DNA of 64,000 nucleotides from Dehalococcoidia bacterium (GTDB lineage Bacteria; Chloroflexota; Dehalococcoidia; Bin125): NCBI GenBank assembly GCA_963663895.2, contig CAXXRD010000002.1, positions 544,001 to 608,000 of the forward strand, read 5' to 3'. Shown piece by piece: positions 57,965 to 64,000 of this stretch (position 1 is its first letter; each line of letters starts with the position of its first letter). The notes under the pieces were generated by a model. It saw only the letters and a program-made list of their open reading frames with translations, ran no database searches and was not told where the DNA came from. The position numbers and the translations under genes were made by a program.

Positions 57965-58355
57965 CCCGGCGCCCTTGCGCCCCTTGATCGAAGCGGCGGG
58001 GTGGGATGGGGCGGACGGCGGCTGCGCGATGCAGCAGGGGTCCCCGATGGGAACTTGGCCAGGATAGGGAAACGGGGCCGGGCGCGCTCGCGAACACTCG
58101 GCCACTCGTGCGAACCCGCGAGCGCGTGCGGGCTCGCACCCCGGCCGGCTCCGTGCTCGCGGTCTCGCGCCGGCCCGCCCGGGCCGTCAATCAAGGGGGG
58201 CTATTAACCACCTATTAACCAATAGCGCAATAGCGCCATGCCCGGGTCAACGGTAATCACCGTATGTCGAGCCTGCCCCGGCAACGGGCGCCATCCATGG
58301 CATAGCATCCATCGCATAGACTGTTGCGCGGCCTGCCGTATCCGGATGGTTTGCG

Positions 58356-58607
58356 ATGAGTTCGCTCGCCCAGGTCCACTTCGCCATCGCCGTCGCCGGC
58401 GCGATCCGCGCGCTCGACCCCGGCAGCCGCCAGGCGTTCCTCTTGCACCTGGACGGGGATCTCGGCCGGTTGGTGGGCGGCTCCCTCGGCGGCCCAGCGC
58501 ACACGGACACACGGGCGGATCTGCATGCGCTGTGGGCCGATCTGGAGGACGCGATCGCGCTCCTGGACGCCTACGCCGCGCAGCGGGCACAAGATCCGAC
58601 GGAATGA
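58356..58607 (+). CDS. Hypothetical helical protein
   Basis: 83-aa ORF with host-like codon usage. Confidence 0.45.
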   Translation: MSSLAQVHFAIAVAGAIRALDPGSRQAFLLHLDGDLGRLVGGSLGGPAHTDTRADLHALWADLEDAIALLDAYAAQRAQDPTE

Positions 58608-58731
58608 ACGCGCAGGAATGCTGATCGAGCGGCGGGCGGGGGAGGACGCCGCATCCCCTTCCTGTCCACCAGCACGGCGTGGCACAGAGAGCCACAGGCT
58701 CTCCCGTTACGGAGAGAATGAAAACATTCGG

Positions 58732-59184
58732 CTAGGGGATCGTCGGCGGTTCTAACGTCCGATCCGCAGAATGAATATCGATCTCCAGCAGTGAAACCTG
58801 CGGGTCGTAGGTCACGCGCCAATGATCCAGCACGTCACGGCCGAGCAGCGAAGGCAATGCCGCCATGTCTCGTCTTCTGAGCGGCATGATCTGGACCGTG
58901 CGGGAGTAGAAGTGGGCCGCGCCGCTGGCGTCCCGGAAGATGAGGACAGCGGGCTCGATAGAGCAGGAGAGCTTTCCTCCAATGCCGAAGGATTCAGCTT
59001 TCCCTGTCAGTTGGTCCTCTTGCACGCCGATACGAACTGCATCGGGAGGGCCAATGATGGACGTGTCTGCTCCCGTGTCAACGAGAAACGACACGACCCC
59101 AAGCAAATTCAGCCGGGGGAAGCTGAGGAGGCCCTCCACATATGGCCTCCCCGTGGTGTTTCCGAACCGTCCCCGCAGCGTCAC
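58732..59184 (-). CDS. Retropepsin-like aspartic protease
   Basis: FLVDTGADTS and SLLGRDVL motifs. Confidence 0.85.
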   Translation of the reverse strand: MTLRGRFGNTTGRPYVEGLLSFPRLNLLGVVSFLVDTGADTSIIGPPDAVRIGVQEDQLTGKAESFGIGGKLSCSIEPAVLIFRDASGAAHFYSRTVQIMPLRRRDMAALPSLLGRDVLDHWRVTYDPQVSLLEIDIHSADRTLEPPTIP

Positions 59185-59474
59185 AGGATGAGAGTACGGG
59201 GGTCCTCGGTGATAAATCGCACGATGATCTTGGAGCGCGGCAGTCCCGCAGCGTCGACCTGCTTGAGTACCGCAGCCATTGTCCGCCCATGCGCGACCAC
59301 CTCTCCCCTATGGACGGCAACCCACTCCTCACGATACTCATCAATGAGGCGGGGATGATCAGCTGAGAGGGCGAGCGCACTTTCCCTGAACTCTTCCAGG
59401 TCCTGCCGGATACTCTCTGGTGATCCCACCTGCTGCATGGCCTCTGCAATGAGCTGAGACGCGGACATAGACAC
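59181..59474 (-). CDS. DUF5678-like small protein
   Basis: LIDEYREEWVAVHRGEVVAHG; GTGA overlap with the protease. Confidence 0.7.
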   Translation of the reverse strand: MSMSASQLIAEAMQQVGSPESIRQDLEEFRESALALSADHPRLIDEYREEWVAVHRGEVVAHGRTMAAVLKQVDAAGLPRSKIIVRFITEDPRTLIL

Positions 59475-59771
59475 CTACCTACATATGCATACTTGTGCGG
59501 GATCGTAGCGCGGGCACAATAACGGAAGTGTGGTTTCCGTCAACAAGAAGGCGTCACGGCCAGCGTCCCTGCATGACGAGGGGCGATTTTCCCGTCTCAC
59601 GCCATCTCCTCACGGTTCCAGTCGTACTACCCGTCGAACTAGGCGATCCAGCTCTTGATACCATCATCGCTTCCCGCACATCCCCCGCGCGATCTCCCGC
59701 ACCCGGCCGTCACACATCCAGCGTCCGCGAAGATCGCGCGCGAGCCGCCGGGACGGGCGCGGGGGCGAGCC

Positions 59772-60461
59772 TCAGCCCGGCGTCACGGCCGTGGCGGCGC
59801 CGGGCGGGCCGGGGTCGGCGACGGTGTAGCCCAGCATGCGCAGGTCCGCGGTGATCCGCCGGGCCAGCGCCAGGGCGTGCCGCTCGGCGTCGCGGCCCTG
59901 GAAGCCATGCCAGACGTAGAAGACGTTGCCGCTGGCGCCGCCGTAGCGCTCCGGGTCCCAGGGGGCGATGGCGACGGACCACTGCGGGGCCACCAGGAGG
60001 CCGTCCGGCCGGGTGTAGACCGCGTGGTCCTCCCGCACGAAGACCCGCAGGCAGGCGGGGTCGTGCACGTTCTCGAAGATGGGGTAGGAGGGCTGGTCGC
60101 AGAGCTCGTCGCGGAAGGAGCGGGCCGCGTCGTAGGTCGTGAAGTCGGCCGCGGCGGAGCGCCCCACCGTCGCGTTGGTGTAGGAGACGCGCCAGGTGAG
60201 GCAGTCGGCGTCGGCGACCGAGGGGGCGGCGGGCCGCTCGGCGGCGGCGGCGTCCTCGTCGGCGGAGAGGGTCGCGGCCGGGACGAGGGCCGCGAGCAGG
60301 GCGGCCAGGAGGATCGGGACGAACTTGGCGCGGCGCAGGGGCCTCAGCCTTCCCGCCGGCGCGCGGCGGCGAGGGGGCGTCCGCGGGCGCGATCCGTGTG
60401 TCTGGCGCCGATCTTCGGCATGATGCGCCTCCCATTCCCTTGCCCTGGGCCGGACCGGCAA
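59772..60461 (-). CDS. Secreted hypothetical protein (true start probably downstream of 60461)
   Basis: RRAKFVPILLAALLAALVPAA signal-like segment followed by a globular domain. Confidence 0.55.
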   Translation of the reverse strand: MPVRPRAREWEAHHAEDRRQTHGSRPRTPPRRRAPAGRLRPLRRAKFVPILLAALLAALVPAATLSADEDAAAAERPAAPSVADADCLTWRVSYTNATVGRSAAADFTTYDAARSFRDELCDQPSYPIFENVHDPACLRVFVREDHAVYTRPDGLLVAPQWSVAIAPWDPERYGGASGNVFYVWHGFQGRDAERHALALARRITADLRMLGYTVADPGPPGAATAVTPG

Positions 60462-60546
60462 GGCGGGACCATCGTCCGAAGCGTTTGCATCGAAAAAGAT
60501 AGCATATTCGCGCCCGATCGGGCGCGAACGCGCGGGGCCCCGCCGG

Positions 60547-60813
60547 TCAGGAAACCTCCACGATCAACGCCGCGATCGCGGCGACCACGGCCATCGCGGT
60601 GATGACGATCCCCGTATGGATCATCAGGGCCCGGTTGAACTCCGCGCGCATGCGGCGCTCCGTCGAGCGCAGGGCAGCTTGCAGGTCTTCCTTCGTCGCG
60701 AGCTCATCCGTCGCCTCATCGATCCCCTTGACGTGGGCCCGGCTCTGCAGCGCGGCGGCGCCCACGTCCTGGAGCTTCCGCACGGCGCGCAGGGTGTCGA
60801 AGATGGTCGCCAC
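60547..60813 (-). CDS. DUF1640/CCDC90-like coiled-coil protein with C-terminal TM
   Basis: FDTLRAVRKL, LATKEDL, hydrophobic C-terminus; GGAGG RBS. Confidence 0.7.
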   Translation of the reverse strand: MATIFDTLRAVRKLQDVGAAALQSRAHVKGIDEATDELATKEDLQAALRSTERRMRAEFNRALMIHTGIVITAMAVVAAIAALIVEVS

Positions 60814-60834
60814 GGTTCCCTCCATGCTTGGATT

Positions 60835-61254
60835 CTACCGCCGCGAGGGGGCGGCGGGCGGCGCGTCCCCGCGCAGCATCTCGATCCCGGCGCCGGGGTC
60901 GAGGACGCTCCAGGCCGAATCGGCCGTGAGCACCGGCAGGCCGCGCCGCCGCCCGAGCGCGAGACAGGCGCGGTCGCCCAAGGAGAGGCCGGCCGCGCGG
61001 CTGGCCGGCCGCAGCAGGCCGGTGGCGAAGGCATCCGCTGCGCCGAAGGGGGCGACGTCCAGGCCCAAGGGGTCGATCGCCTCATGGATCTCCGCCTCCG
61101 TCATCCCGATCTCGGCCAGCTTGGCGACGACCTCCGAGAGGTTGACGGCGCTCATGCAGGCGCCCGCCGCCAGCGCCTCCGCGACGCGCTCCGCGCCGGG
61201 CTCCCGGTTCAGCAAGGCCAAGAGCGCCGAGGCGTCCAGGACCCCGCTACTCAC
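60835..61254 (-). CDS. vapC: PIN-domain toxin
   Basis: VLDASALLA, SAVNLSEV, GLSLGDRACLA, LTADSAW. Confidence 0.9.
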   Translation of the reverse strand: MSSGVLDASALLALLNREPGAERVAEALAAGACMSAVNLSEVVAKLAEIGMTEAEIHEAIDPLGLDVAPFGAADAFATGLLRPASRAAGLSLGDRACLALGRRRGLPVLTADSAWSVLDPGAGIEMLRGDAPPAAPSRR

Positions 61255-61495
61255 GCGCGGCCTCGGCCCGGCGCTCGGCGCTCAGCTCCGCGACCAGCGA
61301 GCGCTCCCCGGCCGTGCGCCGGGCGACGAGCTCCTGGGCGCGCCGGATCGCCTCCGGCCGCGGGAAGAGGCGGAGCGCGCCGTCCTCGAGCTGGACCACG
61401 ACCGCGTCGCCCGCGCGCAGGCCAATGGCGCGCCGGTACTCGGCCGGGATGAGCACACGGCCGTGGCGGTCGACCTTGGTGGCGCCTGCCCCCAT
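61247..61495 (-). CDS. AbrB/MazE-type antitoxin
   Basis: KVDRHGRVLIPAEYRRAIGLRAGD, SLVAEL..ERR; overlaps vapC. Confidence 0.88.
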   Translation of the reverse strand: MGAGATKVDRHGRVLIPAEYRRAIGLRAGDAVVVQLEDGALRLFPRPEAIRRAQELVARRTAGERSLVAELSAERRAEAARE

Positions 61496-61584
61496 GTGGC
61501 ACTCCTCTGCATCTATGGCAAGAAAGAAATATCTGCCTTATCTATCCTATTATGCCATGCCAGGCAGGCAATGGGAGAGACGCC

Positions 61585-64000
61585 TCAGCCGCCGACCGTC
61601 TGGGCGCGCGGCGCCACGACCCAGAGCACGTCGCCGGGAGCGATGGGGAAGCCGCCCCGGCCGCGGGCCGGCAGGTAGGGCAGGTCCCAGCGCCGCGTGG
61701 CCCGGTTGTACTTCCAGGCGCTGGCCACGTCCGTGCCCCCGAAGAGCGCGGCCGCCGTCGTGGCCGCGCCCGCCGGCACGGCCACCATGTCGCCGCCCTG
61801 GCGCAGCGTCAGGGTGATCGGATCGGTCGCGGCGGGAGCGTCCGAAGGACGCGCCCCATCCGCCGCGAGGGTTTGGGAAAGGGAAGCCACGACCCAGAGC
61901 ACGTCGCCGCCGGCGATGTCGAAGCCGCCCCGGCCGCGGGCCGGCAGGTAGGAGAGGTCCCAGCGCCGCGTGGCCCGGTTGAACTTCCAGGCGCTGGAGA
62001 CCTCCGCGCCCCCGAAGAGCGCCGCCGCTGTGGTGTCCGTCCCCGCCGGCACGGCCACGATGTCGGCGCCCGGCCGCAGCGCCAGGGTGATCAGCGCATC
62101 GGTCCCGCGCGTCACGGCCAGGTGGACGGTCTGCGTCGGCGTGCCGTCCACGGGGATCACCTCGACGGTGATCCGGTTCAGTCCCAGGTCGAGCGGCAGG
62201 GCCGTCCCGCTGGCGTAGCTCTGCTCGCCCTTGCGGATGGCGACCGAGGCGCCGGTCGCGTGCAGCGTCGCCGTGACGACCGCCGCCGCGACGTCCCTGC
62301 CGACGGCGGCGGTATAGGCAGCCGTGCCGATGGCAAAAGGCGGCGCCTTCCAGTCGCAGATCGCCCAGCAGGCAGAAAGGCAGGCCGAGGCCGGCGAGGT
62401 CGTTGGCCACGTCGGCCCACAGATCGCGCAACTGGTACGGCACGCAGCCAGCGAAGGCGTTGCCCGCGAGACCGATGGCCTGCAGGTTGGCGAGGTCGCC
62501 CAGACCGGCCGGGATCGGGCCGCTCAAGCGATTGCCGCGCACGTCCAGGACCTCCAGGTCGACGAAGTCGCCCAGCCATACGGGCAGCGGCCCGTCCAAG
62601 CGGTTGCCGCCCAGGTCCAGGACTTCCAGATCGGTGAGCCCGATCAGCGTGGCCGGCAGCGGCCCGTCCAAGCGGTTGCCGTGCACGTTCAAGACCTCCA
62701 GATCGGCGAGGTCGCCCCATGCCGCCGGCAGCAGCCCGCGCAGCTGATTGCCGTGGAGGTCCAGGACCTCTAGCTCGGCGAGGTCGCCCAGCGCCGCCGG
62801 CAGCGGCCCGTGCAAGCGATTGCCGGACAGATCCAGGTCCCGCAGGCTGACGAGGGCGCCCAGCCAGTGCGGCAGCACCCCGCCCAACCGGTTCCCATGC
62901 AGGTCGAGCGTCTCCAGGTCGGCGAGGCGGCTCAGCGCGGGCGGAATCAGCCCGTGCAAGTGGTTGCCGTGCAGATCCAGGTCCGTGAGCTTGGCGAGGG
63001 CGCCCAGCGCCGCCGGCAGGACCCCCGTCAAGTCGTTGCGCGCCAGATCCAAGCCGGTCACGCGGCCGTCGGTTCCCACCGTGACGCCGTGCCAGGACTC
63101 GATGGGCTCGGCGCTGGCCCAGTTGCTGTTGACCGTCCAGTTGGGACCGTCGGTGCTCTGATAGAGCGACACCAGGGCGCGCCGGTCCGCCGCCGCACCG
63201 GCCGGGTCCTGTCCGGGGGGCTGCGCCCGCGTCACCCTCACGATGACGACCTCCCAGATCGGGAAATCCTCGTCGGCCGGAATGGCCTCGATAATGATGC
63301 TGTTCAGTCCCGGGTCGAGCGGCACCGCCGCCCCGCTGGAGTAGAGCACCCCGCTCTTGCTGATGGTGAGCTCGTCCGCAGCGGAATGGAGCGTTGCCGT
63401 GACGACCGTCTCGTCGACGGTCGCGGGCACGGTGGCGGAGTAGGCGGTCCCGCCGGCGGCGAAGGGGGTCGTGCCGCCGGCGAACGGCCGATCGAGGGTG
63501 ACGCCGCTCAGGTGCAGATCGCGCAGCATGCAGAAGGGCAGGATCAGCGAGGAGAAGTCGTGAGCCGGGAAGCGGCTCGGGCGCTCGTGGGTGGCGATCA
63601 GCGCGCGCAAGCCATAGGGCACGCAGCCATCCAAGGTGTTGCCCGCCAGGCGGATGAATTCCAGATTGGGCAGATCGCCCAGGGCGTCCGGGATCAGCCC
63701 GTCCAGCTCATTGGCGCTGAGGTCCAGGTCCGTCAGGTTGGTCAGGCCGGCCAAGGCCGCCGGAATCTCCCCGCCCAAGGTGTTGCCGCCGAGGTCCAGC
63801 TCCGTCAGGTTGGTCAGGCCGGTCAAAAAGCCGGGAATCGGCCCGCTCAAGCGGTTGTCGCCGAAGTCCAGCTCCGTCAGGTTTGTCAGACTGGCCAAAA
63901 AGCCGGGAATCGGCCCGCTCAAGCGGTTGTCGCCGAGGTCCAGATGCGTCAGGCCGGTGAGGCCGCCGAGGGAATCCGGAATCTCCCCGCGCAGCTGGTT
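61585..64000 (-). CDS. Leucine-rich-repeat surface protein with cadherin-like domains and two C-terminal modules (5'-partial; frameshift near 62345)
   Basis: 24-aa plant-type LRRs (LxxLDLxGNxLxGxxP); DRRALVSLY..TDGPNW..W cap; AYSATV..VTAT repeats; the 191-aa ORF is the true C-terminus. Confidence 0.85.

Overview
High-GC bacterial chromosomal segment. It is probably Chloroflexota (Dehalococcoidia-like) and possibly host- or sponge-associated; this is inferred from plant-type LRR surface proteins, LPxTG proteins, DUF3179 paralogs and an AGAAC-N4-GTTCT LexA-type box. Left 40 kb: mostly metabolic and housekeeping genes, including a hydantoinase-B/enoyl-CoA hydratase/peptide-ABC cluster, acuI, HU, a selenocysteine-encoding selD, lhgO, recF, an AAA+/VWA pair, rpsU, tRNA-Arg(TCG) and mgtE, plus a low-GC type II R-M islet. 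Main unannotated signal: four 20-25 aa amphipathic cationic peptide ORFs, each with its own RBS, in tandem directly downstream of tRNA-His and upstream of a lipoprotein gene (41165-41658). Next to it, an NLR-like HEPN-STAND-TPR gene is split by an IS1595-family element (22-bp perfect IRs, 9-bp TSD) that carries a methyltransferase-nuclease passenger. Right 17 kb: secreted/surface proteins sharing a ~70-aa C-terminal module, two LPNTG proteins and several toxin-antitoxin-like pairs. Four frameshifts in the right third may be sequence errors. All family calls come from motif recognition by eye, not database searches.
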